Shown: piece after piece, positions 16,347-25,982 of the stretch
How positions within the stretch are numbered: the first letter of the stretch is position 1
How the letters are laid out: each line of letters opens with the position of its first letter
DNA from: a virus
Lineage: Duplodnaviria > Caudoviricetes
Virus record (IMG/VR): IMGVR_UViG_3300037247_001878
Location: 1-56,927 of that record
Length of the DNA: 56,927 bases
Reading direction: 5' to 3' (one strand)
Notes under the pieces: generated by a model
Seen by the model: the letters and a program-made list of their open reading frames with translations, nothing else
Database searches by the model: none
Told to the model about the DNA's origin: nothing
Made by a program: the position numbers and the translations under genes

Positions 16347-18926
16347 TTATATGCTCCTGCGCGGCCCCCGGCCGATGCTGTGCCGGTCCTCGATCAACGC
16401 GATCCGCCCGATCGCCTCGGCGGTCTCTTGGTCCGAGCGCACCTGGAAGCTCTGCCCGCCGAGAACCAAGGTGAACAAACTCTCCCCGCTCGGCGCTGCG
16501 GGCAATGCTGCGGCGACCGGGCCGCCGGCCGCGTAGGCCGGGATCGGCATGAGCGGCAAGGTTAGGGAGCGGGCGAGACCGTCGACCAGGCCGCCCAGGG
16601 AGAACTTGGGCAGGCGCATGTGGTTGACCGCGCGCATGAAGCTGGTGCCATAGTAGCGCACCGCTCGCGCCTGCATGACGAACTCCTTATCGGACAGCCA
16701 CGCGGGGATCGAGTCCGACGTCGTCGTGCCCGGCCCGCGCACCTGGCCGCCGCCGGTCAGGACCGGCACCCCGGCGCCCGACGCGCTGCCGCCGCCCGAG
16801 AGGCCGAGCGCCTCCCTGGCGGCCCTGAAGGCGCGCGCCGCCAGGGCCATCAGGCGGCTGAACAGGCGCGCGAGGAAATCGACGCCGCTCTTGAAATCGG
16901 CGACCAGGCCGTCCACCATGTCGCTCCAGCGCGTGGCGATGAAGTCAATGGCGGCCTGCCCGGCGGCGACGATGTCGTCCCAGAACACGACCACGGCCGC
17001 GGCGGCCAGGACCAGGGCGGCGACCAGCAGCGCCGGCCAAAGGCCAATGAGGATGAGGAATTCGGCAGCCCCCGCGATAAGCAAGATCGCCGTTTTGATG
17101 AGGCTGACAACGGAAACCACAATGACGAAGACGGCGGCGATCGTTCTGAACAGACCAAGCCACTGAGCCACAATGGCCACGATCAGCAGCGCCGTGCCCG
17201 AGAGCTCGGTCCCGAATACCTTGTTGATCGCGCCCGCGACCTTGTCGGCCGCGGCGATTAGCCCTTTGAACGCCGGGACGATGATCTTCTCGAAGGCGGC
17301 CTTTACAGCATCGGCGAACTCAAGAACCGTTCTCTTTATTTCAAGAACTTTAAGCTGGAACTCGCTCAAGGGTTTGCCGAACGCCAGGACATCGCCGCCA
17401 GCCTGTTCGCCCGCGCCGGCGAACAATACCTCGAACAGTTCCTTGACCTTGGCGATGGCCTCGGGCAGGACCCCGATCACCAGGGCGGATACGGCGAGGA
17501 CCGCTGCGCCCAACCCGCTGAAAACCCCCAGAAGTTGCGCCACCACGGCCGCGATCAACAGCGTCCGGCCCGAGAAGTCGGTGCCGAAAGCCGCGTTGAC
17601 CGCCACCGCGAGCTGGTCGAAGATCGCGAGCAAGCCCCGAAACGCCGGGACGATGATGCCCTCGAAGGCGGCGCGGACATCGCGGGCGAAGGCGACAATG
17701 GCGTCGCGCGCCTCGAGGATGAAGGGCTCGCGCACATCCTGGTCGCGCCCGGTGAGCGCGGCGACCAGGTCCTCGACCAGCGCGACCGCTTTCGGCACCG
17801 CGCCCGAGGTCAGGTCGAGGATGGCCTGGCGGTGGCGGATCAGCGCCTCGGTCTGACGGTCCGCGGCTTCGGTCAAGGCCGGCGCGAACAGCAGGCCGAT
17901 CTGGTCCTTCAGCGCCTTGAGCGACGCCCCCAGGCGGCCCTGCGCGTCGATCAGCGCGGTGCCTATCTTGCCTTGCTGGGTCGTGAAGGTGGCGCCGAGG
18001 CGGTCGGCCTCGCCGAGCAGCTCGCGAATCCCGGCGCTGCCCTGGTTCAGGAACGGCAGCATGAACCGGGCTACGCCCTCGCCGAACAGAGCGGCGGCGA
18101 TGCCGGCCTCCTCGACACCGTCGGGGAACGCCGCGAAGGCGTCGGCCAGGTCGAGCAGGATGTCGAAGGGATCCCGCAGCGCCGCCCCCGCGGTTTCGAG
18201 CCCGCTGGCGAATTGCTTGATCGTCTGGCCGACTGGAACGAACTGCAGGCCGGTTTCGCTGACTTCGACGCCCAGCGCCCGCAGCGCTTGTGCCGCCCGG
18301 TTGCCGCCTTCGGCCTGGGCGTCGAGCGCCGCGCCGCCGACCGCCATGGCCCGCTGCGCCTCGGCCCAGCGCTCGGGCTGGAGGCCGAGCTGGTCGTTGA
18401 GGCCGCGCTGCCCCTTGGCCGCCTCGGCGACCTTGGCGTTCAACGAACTGAGCGCGGTCTCGAATTGCTCGATCTTGAGGCCCGATTGCGTGGCTGCGAA
18501 TTTCAGGCCCGTGTACTGCTCGATGCTGAGGCCGAGGCCTTCGGCGGTCTTGGCCGCCTGGTCGGCCGCCGCCGCACCGCTGCGCGCCACCGCCGTGATC
18601 GCCGCGGCCGCGCCCAAGGCCGCTGTGGCCAGCAGCGTCATGCGCCGGGTGACGGTGCGCAGCACGGACACCAATTCGGTGCCGCGCCGGCGGATGGTGC
18701 GGAAGGAATCGCCCAGGCGCTTGCCCGCGGCCTGCAGGGCGGAGACGTTGGCCTTGAGGCGCACCACCGAGGCAGACAGCTTGGCGTTCGGCGAATTGGC
18801 CGCCTCGGTCGCCTTCCTGATCTGCGCGAAGGCGCGTTCGCCGGTCTCGCCGAGGGCCTTGAGTTGGGCCTCGAACTCCTTGCCGCCCTCGAAGGCGATG
18901 CGCTGCTCGAGTGTTTTGCGGGCCAT
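16347..18926 (-). CDS. Tail tape measure protein
   Basis: 859 aa Ala-rich helical protein with hydrophobic repeats; GGQVRGPGTTTSDSIPAWLSDKEFV C-terminal motif. Confidence 0.9.
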   Translation of the reverse strand: MARKTLEQRIAFEGGKEFEAQLKALGETGERAFAQIRKATEAANSPNAKLSASVVRLKANVSALQAAGKRLGDSFRTIRRRGTELVSVLRTVTRRMTLLATAALGAAAAITAVARSGAAAADQAAKTAEGLGLSIEQYTGLKFAATQSGLKIEQFETALSSLNAKVAEAAKGQRGLNDQLGLQPERWAEAQRAMAVGGAALDAQAEGGNRAAQALRALGVEVSETGLQFVPVGQTIKQFASGLETAGAALRDPFDILLDLADAFAAFPDGVEEAGIAAALFGEGVARFMLPFLNQGSAGIRELLGEADRLGATFTTQQGKIGTALIDAQGRLGASLKALKDQIGLLFAPALTEAADRQTEALIRHRQAILDLTSGAVPKAVALVEDLVAALTGRDQDVREPFILEARDAIVAFARDVRAAFEGIIVPAFRGLLAIFDQLAVAVNAAFGTDFSGRTLLIAAVVAQLLGVFSGLGAAVLAVSALVIGVLPEAIAKVKELFEVLFAGAGEQAGGDVLAFGKPLSEFQLKVLEIKRTVLEFADAVKAAFEKIIVPAFKGLIAAADKVAGAINKVFGTELSGTALLIVAIVAQWLGLFRTIAAVFVIVVSVVSLIKTAILLIAGAAEFLILIGLWPALLVAALVLAAAAVVVFWDDIVAAGQAAIDFIATRWSDMVDGLVADFKSGVDFLARLFSRLMALAARAFRAAREALGLSGGGSASGAGVPVLTGGGQVRGPGTTTSDSIPAWLSDKEFVMQARAVRYYGTSFMRAVNHMRLPKFSLGGLVDGLARSLTLPLMPIPAYAAGGPVAAALPAAPSGESLFTLVLGGQSFQVRSDQETAEAIGRIALIEDRHSIGRGPRRSI

Positions 18927-18929
18927 TCG

Positions 18930-19634
18930 TCAACCCTTGAAGTGTTTGGCGTAGAGTTCGGGGAGTCTCGAACGCCAGCGCTCGACGATTTCGAGGAGCC
19001 GCAGGCGCTTGCGGATATTGACGGTGGAGAGGCCGACGAACAGCGGCACCATGCGCAGAACCGTGAATCTCCCGCGGCTGCCGCCGCCCTTCGCCAAGGC
19101 GGCGCCGCGCTCGAGCCCGGGCAGCTTGACGGTCGGGCGGCGCTGGCGGGCGCGCGCAAAGCTCAAGGCCACCGGCGCGGCCAGCAGCGGCGGCGCGCCG
19201 GCGCGGTCGATATAGGTGAGCGGCCCGATCTTCTCGCGGAACGCCGCGGGCGTCATCCGCTCGCCGGCCGGCGGCTTTCGGCCGATGAACGGCGGCGTTC
19301 CTTTGAGAGGTATCCAGAGCCGCGGCTTGCCGCGGATCGTGGCACCCTCCTGGAAAACCCAGAAGTAGGGAATCCTATGGAACATCAAGGCCGCCGCGTT
19401 GATCGAGACTCTGCCATGGCGCGGGAAGACATCCACGCGGAGCCCCCGTTGCAAGTTCTTGAGACCGCGGGGCGGAAAGCCCGCGCGGGCGATGTTTTCG
19501 CGGCCTTCGCCCTTGATCCCGGCGGCCGCCTCGGTGATCGCCGCCGTGGCCGCCGCCGCGATCGGCGCCTTAAGCTCGGCGATGACCTCGGCGAACTCGC
19601 CGCGCAGAGCCTTGTAGGTGTAACGCAGGCCCAT
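18930..19634 (-). CDS. Basic tail-completion/neck-like protein (DUF6441-like)
   Basis: Arg-rich, F.EGATIRGKPRLWIPL motif, position in the tail operon. Confidence 0.6.
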   Translation of the reverse strand: MGLRYTYKALRGEFAEVIAELKAPIAAAATAAITEAAAGIKGEGRENIARAGFPPRGLKNLQRGLRVDVFPRHGRVSINAAALMFHRIPYFWVFQEGATIRGKPRLWIPLKGTPPFIGRKPPAGERMTPAAFREKIGPLTYIDRAGAPPLLAAPVALSFARARQRRPTVKLPGLERGAALAKGGGSRGRFTVLRMVPLFVGLSTVNIRKRLRLLEIVERWRSRLPELYAKHFKG

Positions 19635-19668
19635 CCGCTACTCCCCTACTTCTAACTTCTGACTTCTG

Positions 19669-20004
19669 TCATCTGTCTTCCGCCCCCGGCGGCCGTTCCT
19701 TGGCCAAGTCTTTCAAGACCTGTCGCAATTTCTTCGGCTCGCCGTGCGCGGCGAGCGCGTCGAGGCTGAGGCGCTCGGCCAATTCGCGCCGGCGCCGGCG
19801 TTCGGCGAAGAACAGGAAGGCGTGGACCTGGCGCGGCGTGTAGGCCCAGGGGTCGCGGTGCCCGGCGGCGATCAGGGCTTCGACGGCTTCGGCGATTTCG
19901 AAGCCGGCGCCTTGCCAGATGGGCCGGCCCCGTCTTCGCCCCCGTCTTGTGCCAGCGCGCCCAGGTTTCCGCCGGTTAATCCCACCGCGCGTTCCATGAA
20001 AGGG
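19669..20004 (-). CDS. -1 frameshift extension of the tail assembly chaperone
   Basis: Slippery C CCT TTC at 20004-19998 in correct phase; -1 frame open to TGA at 19669, encoding WAYTPRQVHAFLFFAERRRRRE. Confidence 0.7.
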   Translation of the reverse strand, partial: PFHGTRGGINRRKPGRAGTRRGRRRGRPIWQGAGFEIAEAVEALIAAGHRDPWAYTPRQVHAFLFFAERRRRRELAERLSLDALAAHGEPKKLRQVLKDLAKERPPGAEDR

Positions 20005-20330
20005 CCCAGGCCACCACCCGGTAAAGTGACGCGCACGATCGCCTCGATCAATTCGAAGACTGCGCTGAATGGCAAACGTTTGACTACTCTCTTGATGTCG
20101 TCGTCATTCGCTTCGCCCGTACCTGCCGCGATTATCGCGGCGATTACCTCGGGGCCGAGCTCGATCAGGCGCTCCACATTCAGTTCTTCAGTTGTCCAGA
20201 ACTTTCGGAGTTCGACGAATTGTCCGAGCAGCTGGGCAATGTTCATGACCGAAATGCCCGTTACCTCAATCTCGACCCCATTACACTCGACCGTCTCGGT
20301 GAGCGGCGCGATGTCGACAAGACCTACCAT
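19872..20330 (-). CDS. Tail assembly chaperone
   Basis: Between tail tube and tape measure genes; contains the slippery site. Confidence 0.75.
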   Translation of the reverse strand: MVGLVDIAPLTETVECNGVEIEVTGISVMNIAQLLGQFVELRKFWTTEELNVERLIELGPEVIAAIIAAGTGEANDDDIKRVVKRLPFSAVFELIEAIVRVTLPGGGLGPFMERAVGLTGGNLGALAQDGGEDGAGPSGKAPASKSPKPSKP

Positions 20331-20375
20331 GTCGTTTCCTTTTCTGACTTCTGACTTCTGACTCCCGACTTCTGC

Positions 20376-20888
20376 CTACAGCAGCTCGATCGAGACGATG
20401 CCCTTGCCGATGGTGTAGTTAAGGATATCGGGGGGCGTGTCGCCGGCGGTGCTCTGGCCGGCGAAGGTGACGATGCCGAACTTGCCCGCCACCGCCAGCA
20501 CCTTGCCGGCCAGGGTCAACTGCATCCACTCCTCGCCGATCAGGTCGATCACCTCGGAGGGATTGAAGTCGACGCGCTCGAACAGCCAGGTCATCTTTTT
20601 GCCGACATCGTTGGTGCCGACCAGCTTGACCTTGGCGGAAATCGTGCCCAGCGACAGGATATCGACCTCGTCCTGGCCGGGGGTGTTCTGGGAGACCGCG
20701 CCGCCGACGGCGAGTCCCAGGTTCTCGGCGGTAATCTCCTCCATGACCAGGCGCAGTGTTGCGCCTTTTTTTATTGTGACGGAGCGGTCCGTGACCTTGG
20801 TGCCGGCCATCGAGGACTCGTGGTCGAGCGTTTCGATCTCGGGCGTGATTTGGAATTCGGGCACGTTGCCCAGTTCGCGGAATGCCAT
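20376..20888 (-). CDS. Major tail tube protein
   Basis: LGNVPEFQITPEIETLDH, EEITAENL.LA.GG, GTNDVG motifs; position. Confidence 0.75.
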   Translation of the reverse strand: MAFRELGNVPEFQITPEIETLDHESSMAGTKVTDRSVTIKKGATLRLVMEEITAENLGLAVGGAVSQNTPGQDEVDILSLGTISAKVKLVGTNDVGKKMTWLFERVDFNPSEVIDLIGEEWMQLTLAGKVLAVAGKFGIVTFAGQSTAGDTPPDILNYTIGKGIVSIELL

Positions 20889-20966
20889 GGCGTTGTCTCC
20901 TCTTTTCGCTAGTTGGGGTGGCCGGGCGGGGGTGTGGGCCGGTGCCGGTTCCGCGCTAGCGGAACG

Positions 20967-21413
20967 CTACAAATCCTCGGGCCTCAGCACATAGGTGAAG
21001 CTGAAGACCAATCCCATCTCGCCGAGCATCTGGCGCCCGCGCGCCAGGCCGGTGGCGCAGGCCTGGTAGCGGATCTCGCCGTTGCTGCCGACCAGGCTTC
21101 CAAGCTCGGCATCGGTGAGCACCGCCTTGATCAGCCGGGCGCGCAGGCGGTTGAGCTCGCTGCCGACCGCCTCGGGTGTTTCGCCGAGGATCACATAGAG
21201 CTCGGGCGTCATGGTCACCAGGTTGGGCGAGCGCGCCGGACGGCCGCGCCCGAAGGCGGCCTCGTCGGCCTCCTCGTCGGCGTCGAGCACGATGACCGCC
21301 GGGAAGTTCCAGTCCCCGGCCACCTGCTCGTTGCGCGCGCACACGGCCACGCCGTCCACGGTCCGGCAGACCGCCAGCAGCCGCACCAATATCTGCTCGC
21401 GTTTATCGCTCAT
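20967..21413 (-). CDS. Tail terminator-like protein
   Basis: DKREQILVRLLA N-terminus, F.FTY C-terminus, upstream of the tube gene. Confidence 0.6.
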   Translation of the reverse strand: MSDKREQILVRLLAVCRTVDGVAVCARNEQVAGDWNFPAVIVLDADEEADEAAFGRGRPARSPNLVTMTPELYVILGETPEAVGSELNRLRARLIKAVLTDAELGSLVGSNGEIRYQACATGLARGRQMLGEMGLVFSFTYVLRPEDL

Positions 21414-21742
21414 GGGTCCTCGATCAGGATCAGGCGCAGCTCGCGGGCGTTGCTTGTCGGCGCGGTGGATTCCACCCGGTAGCGCGTGCCGTCGATCACG
21501 ATTGCCGCCTTGACCAAGTCCTCACGCGCGAGACCGGCGGCCGCGAGGTCGGCCAGGCGCAGGACGCAGGTCGGTCGGATGGTCGGGACAATGATGCCCC
21601 CGGCGCCGGCTTCGTCGACCTCTCTCATGTCGAACAGCACGGTGAGCGCCAACGGAGCGTGGTCGACGGCTGTCAAGGTCGCCGCCACGCCGAAGGTCTC
21701 GTAGGCCGGCGCGTCGAGCAGGCCGGCGAAGTCGATGGTCAT
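21410..21742 (-). CDS. Head-tail joining protein
   Basis: YETFGVAATL...IVIDGTRYRVES beta-barrel pattern; position. Confidence 0.65.
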   Translation of the reverse strand: MTIDFAGLLDAPAYETFGVAATLTAVDHAPLALTVLFDMREVDEAGAGGIIVPTIRPTCVLRLADLAAAGLAREDLVKAAIVIDGTRYRVESTAPTSNARELRLILIEDP

Positions 21743-22125
21743 CTGAGCAGACTCGCGTGCAGCTGGAAATGGCCGTGAGGTCCCGGCCAGATATCGCCGC
21801 CCTCGGTCACCTCGAGCTCGTAGTAGATCCGCCCGGGCGTCAGGTCCTTGGTGTCGTCCTTGACGAGCGCAACCCGGATCACGTTGTCGACCCCCTCGCC
21901 GCCGGTGACGACTGTGATGCCAGCGGCGAGGGTCTTCTCGAAGTGGGGCGCCGCATCGGTGACCGCATCGGCCAGGCCGAAGCGGATCGCGGTGGCCGAG
22001 CTCAAGTCCACCGGCTTGGTCAGGTCCGGCTGGCCCGGGTCGAGCGGATCCTCGTCGTAGATCGGGAAGTCCAAGGGCCGCGCCTTGCCGGCGTGGAAGT
22101 CGATCCTCGTGACGTTATGCGACAT
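21739..22125 (-). CDS. Virion accessory protein (BppU N-terminal-like)
   Basis: PVDLSSATA, I.V.L...DTKDL.PG.IYYELEV pattern. Confidence 0.5.
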   Translation of the reverse strand: MSHNVTRIDFHAGKARPLDFPIYDEDPLDPGQPDLTKPVDLSSATAIRFGLADAVTDAAPHFEKTLAAGITVVTGGEGVDNVIRVALVKDDTKDLTPGRIYYELEVTEGGDIWPGPHGHFQLHASLLR

Positions 22126-23773
22126 CGCGTATCCCCTTGATCGTGATCGGCGCCGGCCGGATGCCGTCCCGCGGCCCCGGGCGTAGGCCGGCCACGGTAG
22201 CCACCAGCGGCCGGATGCCGGGGATGACGATCGGCGGGCCGACGAAGCCCCGCGTGAAGACCAGCACCGCGGTCGGTGCCGCCGCCACCGACAACCCGCC
22301 GGCGACCCGGGCGTGGCGGGTGAAATCCATCACCGCGGCCGCCGGCAGGATCCGGGCCGTGGCCACGCCAATGATCACGGGGTGGCGCGAGACCTCGAGC
22401 ACCGCCGCCGGGCTGGCCGCGATGGTCACCGCACCGGCCAGCGCCGGGTGCTGCCGGAAGTCCAGCGCCGCCGCCGGGGCGGCCGTGACCGTCACGGCGC
22501 CGACAACCCCGGCGTGGCGGGTAAAGTCCAATGCTGCGGCCGGGCTCGCCGCAATCACGATTGCGCCGGCAACCCCGGCGTGACGGGTGAAGTCGAGCGT
22601 TGCCGCCGGGCTGGCCGCGATGGCCGTCGCCCCGGCCAGCGCCGGGTGCTGCTGGAAATTCAGCGCCGCAGCCGGACTGGCCGTGACGGTCGCGACGCCC
22701 ACCAGCGCGGCGTGACGGGTGAAGTCCAGCGCCGCCGCCGGGCTGGCCGCGATCGCCACCGTGCCCGCGAGGCCAGGATGCTGCGTGACGTCCAGCGCCG
22801 CCGCCGGGCTGGCCGTAACGGTCGCGGCGCCCGACAGCGCCGGATGCTGTTGGAAGTCCAGGCTCGCGGCCGCGCTGGCCGTGATGGTTTCGGCACCGGC
22901 CAGCGCCGGATGCTGCGTGAAGTCGAGCGCCGCCGCGATCGACTCGACGATCGTCAGCGCGCCGGTGATCGCGTGGCTCGCCGCAGCCGCCGCGGCGTTC
23001 CACTTCAGCGTCCAGGTCCTGACGATGCGCTTGGCGTAGGCCAGCGTCGCCGCGGCCGAGGCCGCGATCGTCACCGAACCCACCAGCGCCGGGTGCTGCT
23101 GGAAGTCCAGCGCGGCAGCCGCGGACACGGTGATGGTCTGCGCACCCGCGAGGTCCGGATGCTGTGTGAAATCCAGGGTCGCCGCCGGGCTCGCCGTGAC
23201 GGTCTCGGCGCCCGTCAGCGCCGGGTGCTGCTGGAAGTCCAGCGTCGCCGCGGCCGACTCGGTGACCGTGACCGCGCCGGTGATCGCGTGGCTCGCGCCG
23301 CCGGTGTAATCGACGTTCCACTCGACGTGGCCGATGCGGACGCTGTTTCGGGCGTCCGGCGCGCCGCCCGACTTGGTCCCGATCACCTTGCATTGAACCA
23401 GCGACCCGTCCGCCGTCGCCAGCTCGTTTGCGTTCCAGGTGAAGCTCAGAACCGCATAGGTGCTGACATTCGTGTTTGAACCTGCCCGGACGAGAGTGCC
23501 GTTCTCCCACAGCTCGATGCGCGCGGTCGGCGTGCCGGTCTGGCCGCTGTCGAATTCCTCGACGCCGGCGCGGAACGCCTGCAAGTCCGCCCCGACGGTC
23601 GGGTCACCCGACGGGGTCGGGAAATCGGCGCCCCATTCCGTGTTGACGTTGTCTCCCGTGGCATCGATCGTGACCGAACTAACGTCGGGATCTTCGTCGT
23701 GGTCGAGTTCGGAGTTGGCGACCAGGCCAACATCGCTCAGCTCCCCGTCCGGCCGCAGGGTCTCGCTGGCCAT
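22115..23773 (-). CDS. Fibre-like protein with about 13-14 copies of a 22-aa repeat
   Basis: Repeat AAALDFxQHPALxGAxTxxASP (66 bp period) after an N-terminal globular domain. Confidence 0.75.
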   Translation of the reverse strand: MASETLRPDGELSDVGLVANSELDHDEDPDVSSVTIDATGDNVNTEWGADFPTPSGDPTVGADLQAFRAGVEEFDSGQTGTPTARIELWENGTLVRAGSNTNVSTYAVLSFTWNANELATADGSLVQCKVIGTKSGGAPDARNSVRIGHVEWNVDYTGGASHAITGAVTVTESAAATLDFQQHPALTGAETVTASPAATLDFTQHPDLAGAQTITVSAAAALDFQQHPALVGSVTIAASAAATLAYAKRIVRTWTLKWNAAAAAASHAITGALTIVESIAAALDFTQHPALAGAETITASAAASLDFQQHPALSGAATVTASPAAALDVTQHPGLAGTVAIAASPAAALDFTRHAALVGVATVTASPAAALNFQQHPALAGATAIAASPAATLDFTRHAGVAGAIVIAASPAAALDFTRHAGVVGAVTVTAAPAAALDFRQHPALAGAVTIAASPAAVLEVSRHPVIIGVATARILPAAAVMDFTRHARVAGGLSVAAAPTAVLVFTRGFVGPPIVIPGIRPLVATVAGLRPGPRDGIRPAPITIKGIRDVA

Positions 23774-23785
23774 GGGAGGCGCCCC

Positions 23786-24973
23786 CTAGTTTGGATCGTT
23801 GCCGGAGATCCGCAACACGCCCGAGTCCGGCGTCGCGGCCCCGGCGCCGGCGCCGACGATGCGCTTGATCCAGATCGGATAGAAGTCGCCGGCCGCCAGC
23901 GTGCCGAGGTTGAGCGCTGTCGTCCCGAAGCTCGGTCCACTGGGCGCCGTGTCTTCGTCGGCTACCTCGGTCTCTGTGCCATTCTTGCCGGCCGCGCCGA
24001 GCGCGATCTCGAAGTTGCTCTGGGCCGGGTCGGTATCGATCTCGACCTTGACGTTCGGAGCCGAAAGCGAGCCGTGGGTGTTCTTCACATAGCCGCAGCG
24101 AAATTCGGTATCGCCCGCGCCGGCGTCGTCGCTCGATACGTCGTCCCAGAGATTGTTGAGCGCGTCGTCGGTCAGCGCCGCGCCAATCGCCCCGCCGATG
24201 TCGCTGGCGCCGGAGTGGTGGAGCGCGAGGTTGGCCGAGGTGAAGACGACGCTGAGGCCAACCACCGGAGTCTCGTCCGCCATGCTGATCGGGCCGAAGA
24301 AGTCGCGAGCAATTTGAGAACACTCCGTAGGAATCAACGCCCGGCTGTGGACAATAAATACCGGCACCGTTCCGTCCGTCTCATTGCCGGTGGTGTCAAT
24401 GCCGCCGACGGACCCAACATCGTCGTCAATAGTGTGACTTGTGGCCGTAGGTCCACCAGCTAAAAGACCATCTACATAAAATCGTATATTCGTGCCATCA
24501 AATGTAGAGGTCAGGACTATTCTAGTGCCGACAACCAAAGGGTTCGGTATGTCTATGGGGGTGCCACCCCAAATAGCAAGCCTGAGATCGGCGGCGTTTT
24601 TATGAACAATTGCCCCCTTGCTGGTGCTTTGGTTCCCCCAAAACCATATGTTGGGAAGGAACGTATCAATGGCGCGCGGTGTTAAAACAATGGTAACCGA
24701 GAAAGGCGCATTCGTGCCTATTGGAAAACCTGAGATTGAGAGTTTATCCCCTGCCCCACCGGGGAAATCTATAACCGTGCCTTCGGCCCCGTCACCCCAA
24801 GAAACACTCCCATTTAAAGTGCCAACAATCCCTCCGACCAAATCTTTAGGCGACCCAGCCCGCTCCCAAAACGGAAACGCCATAAGTAAGTCGGGATCGC
24901 TCCAAAACCACCGCCACTCCGGCGCGACCTCGCGCGGGTTCACGTCCCAGGGCAGCGGCTTCTGCAGGAACAT
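23786..24973 (-). CDS. LamG/concanavalin-A-like domain virion protein
   Basis: FSVTIVL, LTSTFDGTNIRFYVDG, IVHSRAL..TE jellyroll motifs. Confidence 0.7.
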   Translation of the reverse strand: MFLQKPLPWDVNPREVAPEWRWFWSDPDLLMAFPFWERAGSPKDLVGGIVGTLNGSVSWGDGAEGTVIDFPGGAGDKLSISGFPIGTNAPFSVTIVLTPRAIDTFLPNIWFWGNQSTSKGAIVHKNAADLRLAIWGGTPIDIPNPLVVGTRIVLTSTFDGTNIRFYVDGLLAGGPTATSHTIDDDVGSVGGIDTTGNETDGTVPVFIVHSRALIPTECSQIARDFFGPISMADETPVVGLSVVFTSANLALHHSGASDIGGAIGAALTDDALNNLWDDVSSDDAGAGDTEFRCGYVKNTHGSLSAPNVKVEIDTDPAQSNFEIALGAAGKNGTETEVADEDTAPSGPSFGTTALNLGTLAAGDFYPIWIKRIVGAGAGAATPDSGVLRISGNDPN

Positions 24974-24997
24974 GGTCCCGATCCCGCCGCCCGCGCC

Positions 24998-25585
24998 CTA
25001 GACGCTGGTCAGTTCGTGGGCGAAGGCCTCGGCGTCGACCGCCTGGCCGGTGTTGCCGTAGAAGAAAAAGTTCACGAACATCACCGCCGCGCCCAGGCCC
25101 CAGGAAATCGGCGCCTCGTCCAGGTTGCCGGTCCCGGCGGTCATGAACGGGCGCCACTTGAAGTCGGCCTCGACGCTGGCGTTGGCCAAGCCGACCAGGA
25201 TGCTCAAACCGGCGGTCGGGCCGGTGGTGCCGTTCTGCACCCGCCCGGTGATGATGACGCCCAGCGCGGTCGAGAGGTCGAGCTCCGTGCCCAGCTTGCC
25301 GAACCAGCACTTGATGGTGCCACTCGCGCTCGCGCCCGGGTCTTGCTTGAGCGTGTAGTCGAAAACGCTGCCCGAGGCGTTGGAGATCGTGAAGACGCCG
25401 TTATATTCCGATTCCGCCGCCCCAAAGATGTAGACCACATCGCCGTTGGATTTCCCGTGGGCCGCGCTTGTGGTCGCGGTCGCGGTCACGCCCGAGCGGG
25501 TGATCGAGGTGACGGTCTTCTCTGTCTCGGCAGCCAAGTTGGTGGCGACGCCCAGGATGGTGCGCGCGGTCTTTGATACGGCCAT
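24998..25585 (-). CDS. Virion accessory protein
   Basis: ATTSAAHG.SNGDVVYIFGA....YNGVFTI beta-barrel motif typical of phage structural proteins. Confidence 0.55.
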   Translation of the reverse strand: MAVSKTARTILGVATNLAAETEKTVTSITRSGVTATATTSAAHGKSNGDVVYIFGAAESEYNGVFTISNASGSVFDYTLKQDPGASASGTIKCWFGKLGTELDLSTALGVIITGRVQNGTTGPTAGLSILVGLANASVEADFKWRPFMTAGTGNLDEAPISWGLGAAVMFVNFFFYGNTGQAVDAEAFAHELTSV

Positions 25586-25588
25586 GGC

Positions 25589-25930
25589 TCAGCTCCAGAT
25601 CGCTCCGTCCCAGCTGGCATGAAGGTTGCTGTAACGGGCCTTGTAGTCCGCCAGCGCCTCGGTCTGGAGCTCGGTCCAGGCCGCTTCCAGCCGCGCCTTC
25701 ATCTCAGCCACCGTGAAGCCGTGGATGGAATAACCACGGACCAGTTCAAACAGCGTCCCGGCCTGGAGGTCGGTGACTTCCTGGGCGCTGAGTTTGCTTG
25801 CCGCGCCGCCGGCCGGCTGGCGCGTCGCGTCGACGGCCGAGGCCTCCTGATCCGGCCCGGACACCGGATAGTAGAAGGCAACGCTGACCTGGGTCGCGGA
25901 ACGGCCGACGATCTCGATGCGGGTTGCCAT
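25589..25930 (-). CDS. Hypothetical protein
   Basis: AGGAGG RBS, co-oriented within the late operon. Confidence 0.65.
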   Translation of the reverse strand: MATRIEIVGRSATQVSVAFYYPVSGPDQEASAVDATRQPAGGAASKLSAQEVTDLQAGTLFELVRGYSIHGFTVAEMKARLEAAWTELQTEALADYKARYSNLHASWDGAIWS

Positions 25931-25982
25931 GCGTTCCTCCTAGTTCAACCTCACGCCCGGCCTCACGCCGGCCCGCCAGGAC

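Noticed and set aside
17535-19655. Long antisense and alternative-frame ORFs (e.g. 706 aa here, 36914..38485, 54005..55258 as a whole)
   Set aside because: Shadow ORFs expected at high GC; Arg/Gly/Pro-rich with no motifs and overlapping well-supported genes
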